DNA of 64,000 nucleotides, from positions 26,290,001-26,354,000 of the forward strand of contig NC_087436.1 of assembly GCF_036321535.1 (NCBI RefSeq), written 5' to 3'. Below the pieces are notes generated by a model, which worked only from the letters and a program-made list of their open reading frames with translations, did no database searches and had not been told where the DNA came from. The position numbers and the translations under genes are program-made. Positions 34,528-47,393 of this stretch are shown here, piece after piece. Each line of letters begins with the position of its first letter. Position 1 is the stretch's first letter. The DNA is from Camelus dromedarius. Lineage: Eukaryota.

Positions 34528-37229
34528 TTGGGACATGTAGATTGTTGGTTCTTACATATGCAGGCAGCCCAACTGTCAGGTTGGAGGCCCCAAAATACGG
34601 CCAGACAGAAATGTGAGTTGCATCCCATCTTGGGTTAGATACTGCCAGACGAAATTGAGCGCACTGCATTCACAGCTGGGGTCCTCCTGACTATTGCCAG
34701 TGCTCAGGAAATTGCCTAAGTCTTTCTTTGAGCTATCTTGGAGAGTGTCTCTTGGTGTTGGGAAGATAGTTTCTTTTTTACAACTTCTTTGGGGATGCCT
34801 CTTGGTTCCATGAGGTTGTTCAATATTTCCAGGAATACTTACTGTTTGTCTCAGCTGAAACCTGACAAGAAATTTGAAAGGATGTATTTTTTAAAGTATT
34901 TCTATGGTCAGAAGTTGGCAAAATTGGAAACTGACATTCAGAGCTTGACAGGAACTTTTTTGTTAAGGCCTTCTCTCCTAAGCTAAATGAAACTATATAC
35001 CCAGAGGGAAAGAAAAACATTTCAAAGAAAAACAGCTCTAAATCTAGAATATATGAATCTTTTGATTTCTACCTTAATTGAAGATCTCCTCCTTGATATA
35101 AAGAAGCAAATTGATAATAATGTACTTTGATGAGTAGATCAGTCCCCTTTTATCATTCCCATTGCAATTCAATTCTTTGAGAAATTAAAAACAACCATTC
35201 TACAAATTGAGGACAACTTGTACAACTTGTCTTATAAGTTGAGTCTTTACAAGGACAGAAAAAAGCCTTATCCTTTTTACCAATCCCAAAACCTCCCCTA
35301 TTCATCTCAAAATACTTGTATGCATTGTAGAAAATTTTGGGTTTAGGAAACAAAAATCCTTCTTGCAGGAACTCACATTCTTTCTCTGAACCTTTAAGTT
35401 GTAAATATTCTACCTGGTCTTCTCTAAGACCTAAAGGCCATCTCCTTGAAATGTAAACTTCAGAGAGGTAGTACTTCTTCTGTTAGGAAGAAAGAAAAAG
35501 GGAAAAGCTATTTGAAAACTAGGTGCAAGAAAATTTTAGAAGTCTCTACAAATAATAATAAAAAGTTTAAGCCATCTGAGCAAGTACCTTAACTTATTTA
35601 ATCTGCCAGAAACTCAATTTGGATCTAACTGTTCTTTCATAAATTAGTGAGTTTTGCATTATCATACCCAGCTCATGGCAAAAATTTTAAAGCAAAAGCT
35701 ATAGATCTGTGTCTGTCTGTATATTTATGTATTCCTTTGTATGTATGTTATAAATGTGTGATTTTTTTCTATGTTTCAATGGTACTATATGTAAAGAGCT
35801 CTGGTCAGGTTCACAAGATAATCTTCAGTAAATAAAAGCTGGTTTAAGTTTGTTGATTTAATAAAAATAATCATGTTTTTAGAGTTATCAGCATTGAATA
35901 TAATACTTTTATTTTACCTAGGTTAACTGAAAGTCAAATAAGCTTATGTTATCTCTGTTATAGACTATGTCAGCAAGAAAGATAACTGAGATGATGGTTA
36001 GCTGTTTAATGTCTCATAAAAATTTCATGAATAATCTAAACATAGGGGTTAAGAACAAGTAAATTTAATAGATCTGAGTAATGTAAAAGTTAACAAATGG
36101 ATTTTTCGACAATAAGTATGCTTTATGGTATGTCTACTTAAAAATAGTTTCCAAAATTGTTTTGGCAACTTGTGTTCTTCAAGTTATATTGAGATAAATT
36201 AAATGATGGATATTCATTTTATATCTAAATCATTTTCAAGTAAGATAAAATATTGAAATATTAGTTGCTGAACATACATTTATCCACTTTAACTTCCTTT
36301 TACAGATAAAATATTTGGGTATATTAGTGAATATGTTTTGTACCACATTGAAAAATTTACTATGAGTAAAAGTATACTTACTCATAGTATATTTTTACTA
36401 GTACTATGATATGTAAACATATCACAGTGTATGATGTTTTACATATCTTGTAAAAAAAATACTTCTAGAACTTCTGAAATGTATTTATAAATTTGCCAAT
36501 CCACAGAATGCTAGTGTAATAGGTCACAAATTGCTTTCTTCTTAGTTTTCACTAGGAATTAAGGATTTTAATGTTAAACATTCTAATTAACATAAATAAA
36601 TAAAACTACTAGAAATAAGGGAAACATGTCTGTGCAAGGGAATTGCATTGTATTTTTGGTAAGAAAAAGGATGAGGTATGGGGAGATGTGCTTTTGTTAA
36701 GGGAAAAAGAGAGTAATTTTTTTCTAAACTAAAATAACTGATTGTTCCATAAAGAGAAAGATAGAAAAAAATGGACAATATCTGAATGAATATAAAAAGT
36801 TGTAGAAGGTTTGTGGAAAGAGTTTCTTAGGAAAGGAATTTTACATATGGTCAAACTGGCTAAGGTTAGAATAGACATAGATAAGTTTTTTTTTTTCTTA
36901 AAGAGTTTTAATATCAAAAGTACACTGGTGCAATTTTAGTACTGGGTTTTCTTTCTGTTAAAAGGAAAATTTTTTTAGATTATTGGTCTGCTCTTAATAA
37001 AAATGTTAAACAATGTGGCCCCCACCAATCAGATATTTTCTATTTTTCTCATCCTTATTTATTTATTTTTTTAGTTAAATTAAAGTTTTTTTTTCCTTCT
37101 GGCCATTTTGCAGTTCCTTAAAAGGAATCTGTCCACTTTATGAAGTGTTAAATAAAGTTTGTAGCACATAAATTGTCTTCTTTAATCATTTTTTTAAAGA
37201 ATACTAGCTACTATAAAGTTAAATTCACT

Positions 37230-37790
37230 GCTATCTTAAATTAAGTGAAATTACTTCTCAGCAACGTCTACCCCTTTCTCATAAGCAACAAAAACTAATT
37301 CCCAGTCATTTAAAAGAAAAATGCATTTATTGAAAGAATATTGACTGACCTACAGAACTGATGGGTGTGGTAGAGAGTCAGACTCAGAAAATACCCATGC
37401 ACCAATGGAGACTAAGAAGCAAGTATCATAGCCAGACTCACACCATAGGAAGTGACTCAACAAGGAAAGTGCCACTAACATTGGACACTGGACACTAGTG
37501 TTATCCTCACTGCCCCTATTAGCACTGGGAAATATTCCTCCAATGTATCTTCATCCAGATACTTTTTTTTTTCTGCCATGGTGACCACATACCTGATTAA
37601 TTCTCTGTTGTTCTTGCATCACAAACTTTTAATTCTCTGTCTCAGACTGGCCAATCTCAATCATAGGCAAATGCCCAAGCTGCTAAGTAGGCAGAGAAAG
37701 TGAGAGCCAGGCTATTCAGCTTCTTTGTTGCAGTGGTCAGTTCTCCCAAAATTGGATGGGAGATCAGATATTGGTTTGGATTGAAAAGAT
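37230..37790 (-). mobile_element. Old MaLR LTR (MLT1K-O-like)
   Basis: ATAAGCAACAAAAACTAATT...TTTATTGAAAGAATATTG...ACAGAACTGATGGG; CAAATGCCCAAGCTGCTAAG. Confidence 0.5.
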
Positions 37791-38329
37791 AAAAACTCCT
37801 CTTTCACTTATCTTGGTTGTCACAATGTAGTACATTAGGACCTTGGCTCCTTGAATAAGAAATTAATCTTAATGTATCTTAATGTGCCTGTTTTCTAACT
37901 CCTATCAAAGGCCCAGGTCAAAGAGAAGTAAAATAATTTTTTTTTTTTACTGTTTTTACTGTTTTTCAGATTTTTTAAAATGTTTTAGTGTTTTTCAGAA
38001 TTCTTACACCTAAATAGTTATATATAAGGCTAAAAAACAAATGTCTTCTAATTTTTATTTTCATATTTCAATAATCATTTGTATTGATTATTTCATAATT
38101 ATGTGTTGTAAGAGATTAAGATCAAGTCCAAAATAGAAATGAGAGGGAAAGAAATAGGGAGAGAGGGAAGGAAGTAAGAGAGGGAGTGAGAAACTGAGAG
38201 AGAGAGAAATTGATTGTTGAATGTGAAGTCTTTAAAATATATATTTGCTTCTTTTATATATAAAGACTGTTTATGGAATGAGGTTGACCAACTATAACTC
38301 AAGCCCAAAGGTGTTGCTCTCTTATGGAA

Positions 38330-39190
38330 AAAGATTAAAGTTTATTAAGAAACTGCATTACATATATGAATATGGCATCACAAATCGGTGTTCATTTCTC
38401 TGGTTTTAGAGAGTTCTCATTGAGGAATGTAATTTTTAGTAAATGATGTTGTGACAATTAGGTAATCATTTGGAAAAAAAGAGAAATTACATCCATACTT
38501 CACTGCACATAAGAGAATATTACGAAATGAGTAAGAGACTCAGAAAGCAAGGACATACACCAGAACTAATGGGAACATATCAAATTGCACAGGATCTAGC
38601 AAGAAAGGGGCCCTCAAGGGCCAAATTAGAGACAAATAAACATCATTAAAAATACGAGTAATCAATTATAACACAACTAATTATAACATATTATGCATGA
38701 ATCCGTAGTGCTACCTAAAAGAAAAGGGGGGAAGAAAAAAGCTCTTTTTTAACAGAAGAATACTAACATATACATGTACTAGGAAAACAGAAATTCATCA
38801 TTTGTGACTACTAAAATAATTTCTTAATCAAGCAAAGGTTGTTAATAAATGTTAAAAATCACTGACACATGTTTTAAGCAACACCTCGTGTATTATTTAC
38901 CTAATACTAAAGGAAAATATTTTCCTTTCTGATACAAGGATCTAGAAGACAAGAGCATGTATAATAATCAAACTTGGCATCAGTGATAAGGAGAAAATGG
39001 CATTCTTATATGTGTCATAATGTTGTTGTGCAACAGGAAATCACCCATCTAGTATTTTTGACACACGTACAAAAATGTTTAACTTAAATCTGATTTATGA
39101 GGAAAGAATTAGAAAGATCTTTATTATATGATTTTCTATGTTATATGATTATATAATATCTGGCTGGAACTCTTAAGAAGTATCTTGTGT
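38330..39190 (+). mobile_element. L1MC4/5-like fragments
   Basis: AAATGATGTTGTGACAATTAGGTAATCATTTGGAAAAAAA (ORF2) and AAAAATGTTTAACTTAAATCTGATTTATGAGGAAA (L1MC 3'UTR). Confidence 0.65.
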
Positions 39191-39624
39191 TACATATCCT
39201 ACCTGGCTAGAGGAAACCTCCAGCATTATTGTGACCCCTCCCATTATGACTGATCACCATAAATCATTGTTTTCCTTTCTAAGGAAAAAAATACCTTTGA
39301 GGCTTAGGCTATCTGGATACATCTACTTGGCTTCTCACCTTGGCTTTCAGGTTCAGAGACTTTGCAACAATTTCTACAAGCACCTTGAATGTGTAAATTA
39401 CATGTCAGGTTCAATAGCCACATTCTTTCACTTCAATTCCAATGATTTCAGTTTCACCCCACTCAGTACCCTATTTCTATACAGTTCTGTGGACCACAGC
39501 ATCAAACAGAAGTATAAACATAGTTTACTATTCATCCTTTAGTAAAGTTATTTCTGCTAATGCCCTCTTTCCTTTAAAGCAAGCACATCTGTTCCTTGGT
39601 ATTTTTAATCTAAAATAAACAGAC

Positions 39625-39944
39625 TGTCACCTATTTCTCCCAGCCTTCCCCCCTAAAAATGGGTTTATTCAGGATCAGCAGAAAACTGTTGTTCAGGGTC
39701 TGGAACTACGGCAAACCCTGTGCAAGTCTGCCCTGCGCAGAAAGGAGAACACTCTATAGGGCAGAAAAGGAAGTTGGGAGGGCTGGAGTAAGCAGATTCC
39801 ATGACTTTTCACTGGCTGAGTTGTTGCCAGGAAAGAAGTCTTTCTTCTTCCTTTGGGCTCTGCTATCCTCACAGGACATGAGAGCTCTCCTCTCTGGTCT
39901 CCTGACTCCATTTAATATAGGTTTTTATTAATTAATTTTTTATA
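39625..39944 (-). mobile_element. Short ERV solo-LTR-like element
   Basis: Abrupt GC-richer block starting TG, with GGGTTTATTC polyA-signal complement and CTCTATAGG TATA-like complement. Confidence 0.55.
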
Positions 39945-39949
39945 TTAAA

Positions 39950-40125
39950 ATCGGGATCCTCAGTCCCTTGGACCATTCTCTTTTTCTCAGTCTATGAGCC
40001 TCAAACTCTTCTCATTTTCACAACTTCTTAGCAGAAGTCTCAGAACTTTCACTTCAACTTTTATTTTCCCCAAACCCTCAACTCCTCCTTTCCCTGAATT
40101 TTACACTTACATGTCCAATTGTGGA
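39950..40125 (+). mobile_element. L2 fragment
   Basis: CCTCAGTCCCTTGGACCATTCTCTTTTTCTC...TCCCTGAATTTTACACTTACATGTCCAATTG. Confidence 0.5.
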
Positions 40126-40189
40126 TTAGTCCATCCTATGAAGTAGGCATCATTAAGGGCGTTTTAAATGTCAGATAAATAAATAGATA

Positions 40190-40790
40190 ATATTGCAAGG
40201 TTTTAGAATGTATATCATCAAGGAAAATGCAATGTTCAGTGCAAACAGTAAAATACTATCTTACCAAAATAAAATGTGAATTTAATGAGACCAGCAATAG
40301 GCAATTAATTGAGGACAAAGAGAACCATGCAGACTTTTGCATGATAAGCAGGAATTTAAACTGGATCTATATTAGGGGAAAATTTGCATTATCAAGATTC
40401 ATTTAAATTTTTATGTATTTGAGTAATTCTACTTCTGAGAGCATATACCAAGGAAAAATTCTGAAATATTATAAAAATGCATTGCATGTTTATAATAGTT
40501 TAATTAATTACCTAAATTTCAACACTAAGACATTTATATAAATTAATTTGCTGGCATATGATGGATATTGTGAAAGTATTGCAACTATTTTTACAGTTTA
40601 TACAATTGGAAAAATGACCATGCATATTTAAATGAAAATAGGTTTTTTCTACATCTCTATCAGATCAAATAAATTTAAAATTTTCAAAGAAAAAGCACCA
40701 AAATATTAATAGTAATAGTTCTGAGCAGCAAGAGAATGGGAGATCTGTATTTGATTCATTACATTTTTTAAATCTCTTAATTATAATGAG
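40190..40790 (+). mobile_element. Old L1ME-like 3' fragment
   Basis: GAGTAATTCTACTTCTGAGAGCATATACCAAGGAAA, GCACCAAAATATTAATAGTAATAGTTCTGAG. Confidence 0.55.
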
Positions 40791-41449
40791 TAGAGGCAAA
40801 ACATTTGTTGTGGTTACCCATATGCTTGACTATTTAGAAAAATCTTTTAAGTGTTATTCTAGGAATGCTCAGATATTTCAGATATTCTCTTTGTCAATTC
40901 AAAAAATCCAGTATATTATGCACTTCCAGCTTTACCCTCAATGTTATTTGTCTAGGAATCCCCAACTACTTTAGTTTATGTGGGCATAATATGTACATGG
41001 AGGGATGGGGGTGGGGGTGCTGTTCGTCACTGTTCTTGTCTCCTGACCATGGATTCATAGATTCAAATGCATCTCTTTGAAGGCTTCAAAGCAGTAGCCA
41101 CACAGTTTGATTCCTTTGGTTCTAGCCACAGGGCCACCATGTTTCTGGACAGGAGTGATGGTGACAGGAGAGGAGGAGGATTCCTCTACTCTTTCATTAC
41201 TTTCTGGCAAGGGATTGTAATAATTTGATGTCAAAATTTGCCCAGGCTCCGGAAGCATTATAGGTTACTTATTTTTCCACTTACAGGCATAGAAACAAAT
41301 TTAGTTTCTACAATCTGACTCACCATACCCCACCTCACATATAGATAGAAATATAAAATTTATATAAAAATATAATTTTAAATGTCTATAAAAACCCATT
41401 TTGATTTTTACCTCTCCCTCTTTATTTCTTTATTTGTCTACATATGTAA

Positions 41450-41880
41450 GAAATTTTCTCCCATTAGAAAACTAACCAATCCACACTCAAACCAGCCCCT
41501 TTCCTCCATTTGCCTCTTTTCTTTCACACCTGAATTTACTGTCTTGTTCACACTTCTTACTTCAGCCACATCTATTCACTCTAACTGTTTTTACTTTCTT
41601 GCTGAACCAATTGCTGTCTAATTGCCATAGTGACTGGTATTTTCCAGCTCTTCCCTTTCTCTTTAGCATTTGACTTTCTTACCTCACCTTCCTTGTCACA
41701 ACACTCCTCTTCACTGGCTTCCTTGGCCATCATTCTGACCCTCCCGCCTTCTGTGTTCGCCCTTCTTCCTTCACCCGTAATTTGAAACCTATGGTCTCCC
41801 AGAGTCTATCTTGACTTCTTTCGTCACTTTCATCAACCTCGTGGGTGATAACATTTACTTCAATAATGTAAACAATCCCT
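41450..41880 (+). mobile_element. L2 ORF2-region fragment
   Basis: CTCTTTAGCATTTGAC...CCTTCCTTGTCACAACACTCCTCTTCACTGGCTTCC. Confidence 0.6.
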
Positions 41881-43270
41881 AGCCCTACCTATAATGGTCC
41901 CAGGTAGTTTGACATCCTGAATCCATCATATGCTAGCCAATTACCAAGCAATAAAGGACGATGACTTGCATTTGAATCATTGGTTTTTTGTCCTTGTTTA
42001 TACACATTTTTCTAACTTGTTCATACTTCCATATGACTTATAACTTGCAACTTTTTTGCTGTACCCTGTTGGTTTCTGGATTTTTTTGCTTATCATTTTC
42101 AGTTCCTGAGCTGTATCATATGGGTTCTCCATATAGATTTTCATCTCTTTGAATCTCTCTCATGACATACCTGCCTTGCAGTTTCCTCAGAACCTGATAT
42201 ACTAGCCCTCGTGAGATTAAGACAAGTTCAAATGGGAGAAAGTTTGGGGGAAATTTTTACATTTTGCCAAAGACAAAGAATATGTCCCTGACCAAAACTG
42301 ATGAGCTTGTTGACATTTTCCAGCCCCTGTGACTTAAGACTGTGGCACTAAAGAGAAAAACAGCATGCATGCAATATCATATTTTTCTTAACTGTGGATA
42401 AACTGCTCTCCAAACTCACAGACTCACAGATCTCACCTCTCAGAGCTGTGAAAGCCCACTTTCTCCAGCAATGCCTTTTTGTGTATGTTTCAGAGAAGCA
42501 TTGGGCAGCCTATTAAAAAGCCATTTGGATTTCACATGAAGCTGTATATTTTTTGTGATTCAAGATAGGATTCTACTGAAGAAATCAGGAAGATCTCATT
42601 TCTTGCATCCTGCTGGCCAGACAGGAGAGACAGATTAACTAGCTCGTGCAGATTGGCTGGCTTTCCAGCAATGATTACAGATGTTTTCTAATCACCCTTC
42701 TGAGAAAGTTTCACAATGCTGCTTTAAAATGATACAGGAGAATTTGCAATCCATTTTCTCACATAACAGGAAGACATAGGTGGCCAGTGTGCTATAGAAT
42801 AAGGCACCCTCATTTCTTCTTTTCTAGAATGATTCACAATCAGAAAATGATTTGAAAGACTCTCAGCTAAGTGCTGCACAATAAGCTAACACATGCTCTA
42901 CAACCAACCAGCGGGTATATACATTTTTATATTTGCATAAAGACACAGATTAGAACACTTACTGGTCATTACTCAGGTTGAATCAATTAGTTGAAGTGGA
43001 GCCAGGGAGTGGGGTGAAAGGTAGGAAAGTAAATGGTGGAGCACAGCCATTGCTTTTCTTGCCAATATCAGAAGAAGCACAAATAAAACAGGTAGCTTAG
43101 TTTTCTTATAGTGAAACCAACCACTTTATTGTGGAAATAAGGTTTTATGGTATAAAGCCTGTTGCTAAAGACACTATATTCTGCCCTCCTCAAAAGCCCA
43201 AAAGTGAGGACCCTCAAAAACTACAGAGAACAGGAATTCCTTAGTGAAATGGGAGTTCTCCAAACCCTCC

Positions 43271-43633
43271 TGTCTTAGTCTGCTTGGACTGCTATAACAA
43301 CAACAACAAAAAACCGAATGGCTTATAAACAATAGAATTTTATTTCTCACTGTTCTAGAGGCTAGAAAGTCCAAGATCATGGTGATGGATAATTCGGTAC
43401 CTGGTGAGAGTCCACTTCCTGGTTCATAAATAGTTGTCTTTTTGCTGTAACATCACTTGATGGAAGAGGCTAAGGAGCTCCATGGGGTCTCTTATAAGGA
43501 CATTAATCCCATTCAGGAGGGCTTCACCCTCATGACCTAATGAGTACCTCCTAAAGGCCCCACCTCTTAATACCATCATTTTAGGCATTAGGGTTTCAAC
43601 AGATGAATTTTAAGGGGACAGAAACATATAACA
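43271..43633 (-). mobile_element. MaLR solo LTR (MLT1A-like)
   Basis: TGTCTTAGTCTGCTTGGACTGCTATAAC...TTTATTTCTCACTGTTCTAGAGGCTAG...CCCTCATGACCTAA...GGCCCCACCTCTTAATACCATCA...ACA. Confidence 0.9.
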
Positions 43634-44282
43634 TTTCCAATAGTAAACCCTAGAGTACCGGGCAATGATGCTGTTCTTGCAAATGCGGCTACAATCTTGG
43701 CCTGGGTTCATACTAAAGTGGGTGGACCAAACCAAGAGTTCTGACTTCCACTATGCAATCTAGCATGGAAGAACTCTGCTTGAGTGTATTTCTTCTCAGC
43801 CTATGGAAAAAAAAGAAAGATTGGCATTGATCCATTGGCAGATGTTTAATAATGACTTCTCTCTTCTGTATTGTAGTACACAATGTAATGATATTTATAA
43901 TCTCCTCAAAATGCACAGGCCAGTGGTCTCAGCATGCTTAAGTCCTCCAGAACAGCCACACCTCTAGGTTAGCAGGTATCTCTGAAAGGCAGATTTGAAT
44001 TCTGTGGCTACATTTGTCTAGCTCTTTTAATCATAAATCAACAAGCACTGGGACCATGCACAAATATATGCTTTTTTTTTAGAGGAAACTAAATTATTCC
44101 TCATTCAAGGAAGTCTTTTGTGTTATGTTTCTCTGATTTGAGCACCATATTTGAAACTATTCAAACAACAATAGTGACTAGGAACTTCAGATATTTCCAG
44201 ATGAAGCTGATGCTGTTTGTTCTGTTTATTGAAGTCCAGAAGTGTTATTTACCAGAAAGTCATATATATCTTATAATTTCAG

Positions 44283-44351
44283 GGAACAGGAGAAATCGCC
44301 CCATACCGGAAGATCCTCTGAGTAATTCTACAACAGTTGGAATTAGTCAAG
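44283..44351 (+). other. Candidate 69-nt symmetric (phase 1-1) cassette exon, unidentified gene
   Basis: Acceptor tcttataatttcag|G, donor AAG|gtaatc, one open frame NRRNRPIPEDPLSNSTTVGISQ, two retained CpGs. Confidence 0.22.
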
Positions 44352-45354
44352 GTAATCAGTTCAAAATAAATGACCAGTTACTAAATATAGTAGGGCCTGT
44401 TGCTCCTCTGTTCTCCGTACATTAGCTTTCCCCTTCAAATTCATGTATTAATTATATATACCTCTCTGACATAGCTGTAAAATAGTTTTAAATCTAGATA
44501 ATACTGCCACTGACTACTTTGAACTCATATGTTTGGTCTCTTTCAGTCCTTAAAAATCAGTAAGAAATTTTTAAAAATAATTTTCATTAAAATTACATAA
44601 AACAGATTTTCAAAAAAGGAAACAAAATAAATAGTATTGCATATGTATGCTAGGCAATTTTACAAGTAATAATGGTTTTTAAATGAGAAAATGTTTCCAG
44701 TGCTGTGATATATGACTCAGACTTGGTCAAGTAATTAGCATATCCTTACCTAAATTAGCATCAGGGCGGATGTGATGTCACAGGGTTTATTTCTAATTTA
44801 TTAATTATTTCTCTATGTATTACAGTATATCTGAATACAACATTTCAGTATAAGTTGATTTCTGTCAAAATACCGAGGTTTTTAAAAAATTCTGTTGACT
44901 AATGATTCGGAAATAGATAATCCACAATTATTTGCCATGATTGCTGTGCTTGCGTGAATGCACCCTGCAAATACAAAGAACTTTGGCATTGAGGCTATTT
45001 TTATATGAGCCCAGTTGTCTGGTTTTGTTTGGTTTGATTTGGTTTGGTGGGGGGATATAGGAGAATGATTATTAATACTTTTTTATTTAAAGATTCTTCA
45101 TGGTGAGAACCTAAGATAGTAAACTCCTGCTAAACCATTGTAAGAACATCTGATAATCATAATTCTAAACATAAGTTTATTAGAAGGAAAATTCCAAGGC
45201 TGCCTTGACCTAGTGTAAGGAAATGATGCCTTTGGTTTAACAGTCTCAGAGCACTTTCTCAGAAGTTTAATGTCTCCAGATATTATAAGATTATTCTGTG
45301 ATGAAAACAAAACATATTTTCTAGCACCTTTTGTTAACTATCTCCACATTTAAA

Positions 45355-45600
45355 AAGTAGTGCAGTATAATTGTTATAGAATGGGTTCTGAGGTTAGACA
45401 CCCTGGGTTTAAAACCCATCTGTACTGTGTTAATGTTAACACCTTTTTAAGCCTTTTCTTCCTCTGTAAAATGGGAATAATAATAGTACTAACTTCTTAG
45501 GGCTGCTATGATAACTAAGTGGAATGATCGATTTTAAGAGCTTGAAAAGGGTCTAGTGATTTTTTTTTAAGCTCAAAATAATTATTGGTTATTCTCATAA
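45355..45600 (+). mobile_element. MIR SINE
   Basis: GGGTTCTGAGGTTAGACACCCTGGGTTTAAAACCC...CTTCCTCTGTAAAATGGGAATAATAATAGTAC. Confidence 0.8.
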
Positions 45601-46033
45601 CAGTTCTATTCATTTGATATCTGTTGAGTACTTGTTGTGGCACATGTTATACTTAGTCTTGCAGAGAGTGCTATGTAAGCACGGTAAGTTTAGCCACAAA
45701 GGAAAACAATAAGTGAGGGTCTAAAAATTAAAATTCTTTTAGCACTAGGGTAGATATTTTTCTTAAAAATTATTTCATGAATATGAACTCCCAATGCTAT
45801 AAATGACCTTAATTCCTGCCAATCCACTTCCAAAAACAAAAGTTAGTTTAAAAAAATAAAAAAGCATGATAGGAGGACTTTACAAATGTATAAAACTCTC
45901 ATGTAAGTTACACTATTATAGTTGCTGCTTCAGGTTGGCCAACGTGGTCAGCTTTCGTCATAATACAGTGCATTAAAATCTCATTTGACTAAACACAGGC
46001 AAACGGCATAGCAGCTGGTTATACAATATTTTA

Positions 46034-46276
46034 TTTTATTTTATTTATTTTTTTAACATTTTTATTGATTTATAATCATTTACAATGTTGTGTCAAATTC
46101 CAGCATGGAGCACAATTTTTCAGTTATACATGGACATACATATATTCATTGTCACATTTTTTTCTCTGTGAGCTACCATAAGATCTTGTATATATTTCCC
46201 TGTGCTATACAGTATAATCTTGTTTATCTATCATACAATTTTGAAATCCTAGTCTATCCCTTCCCACCCGCCACCC
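46034..46276 (-). mobile_element. 5'-truncated young L1 (3'UTR only), same family as 13346-16422
   Basis: Colinear with ~13350-13580; TSD TACAATATTTTA at 46022-46033 and 46277-46288; T-rich tail. Confidence 0.92.
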
Positions 46277-47393
46277 TACAATATTTTAGAAAAACTTTAA
46301 AGTTCTGGAGAATAAATGAGTTGCTAAATGATGTGATTGAATCAAGGTTTTCTTGTCGAACATAATTAGCTGAAAATAGGAGTAGGTCAGTGGTCAGACT
46401 TCCCTGTCAGTACCCAACCACTGGAAATAGCCTTAGGGAGGCAAGAATCCCATATTTTAAACCCAGATTGAAGGAAAACTACGAAGAAGGGAATAAGTCT
46501 TCCACAGAATAAATCTTTGCATTGCCAAATAAATAAATAAACAAATAAATAAAATAAAGAGAAAAACAAGCCTTTGTTACTCAAGCTGTTTCAATAACAG
46601 TTTTCTAGTAGGATAACTGTCAATCCTAGGACACATGGGTGGTGTGGAAACCAAATGTGTTTGTGAGATATGTCCAATATGGTCACTGATGATTGAAAGC
46701 ATTATCATGTTCACATTGACATTTACCACCTATAAAGTGAAAAATAACCCTTGTAATAATCATTCTTGCAGTGACCTTATAACAATAGAGATGTTACATG
46801 GCTTGTGAAAATTAAAATATGATCCTTTTATGGTCAGTATCGACACATGCTATGTTAATTCTTTTTGACAGTGTTCTTCCTTCTGATGAAAATTTTATTT
46901 GCTCACAGAGGTACCATGTATATCTTTAAGAGTTACTCTTCACTCCAGAACCTACATGTGATGCTTTTATTCACATAACAAAATTTTAAAAAAATAATTG
47001 CATGTTTTATGTCTGCTAGAAGGTGAAAAGACCTACTGAGTACAAAATTTACCCAGAAAGGATAAAGTGTGCCTTCTGTTTCAGGGGTTCTGTTAGTCTT
47101 CTTACTAAACTGCATGTCCTGCCTCTGATTAGCTTTAAACTTTCAACATCAAGGTAACTTTGGTTTCTTCATGTAAAAAATGGAGTTACAGAGCTATCGT
47201 TCAATGACCCTATCTTTACAAATAGTACAACAAAAAAGTTTTAATCTACAAATATTTCAGAAAGCTTTAATATATACATATTTCCATTTTCTGCACCTTG
47301 CAAACTTTTTGATAAGTGTATGTTTCATCCCTCAATCAAACTTTAAATTATTTTAGCTATATGTTGAAAATCCAGCTTACTATTTGTCAGTCA

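Larger units (their letters stand above)
31707..37200 (+). mobile_element. Deleted ERV1-class (MER4-group-like) provirus
   Basis: 5' LTR TG at 31707 to ~32085; 3' LTR half at ~37014-37200 aligns to the 3' half of the 5' LTR (AATCAGATATTTT, ACTTTATGAAGTGTTAAA, AAATTGTCTTCTTTAATC); 4-bp TSD ATAT/ATAC; AT-rich noncoding internal region. Confidence 0.85.
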
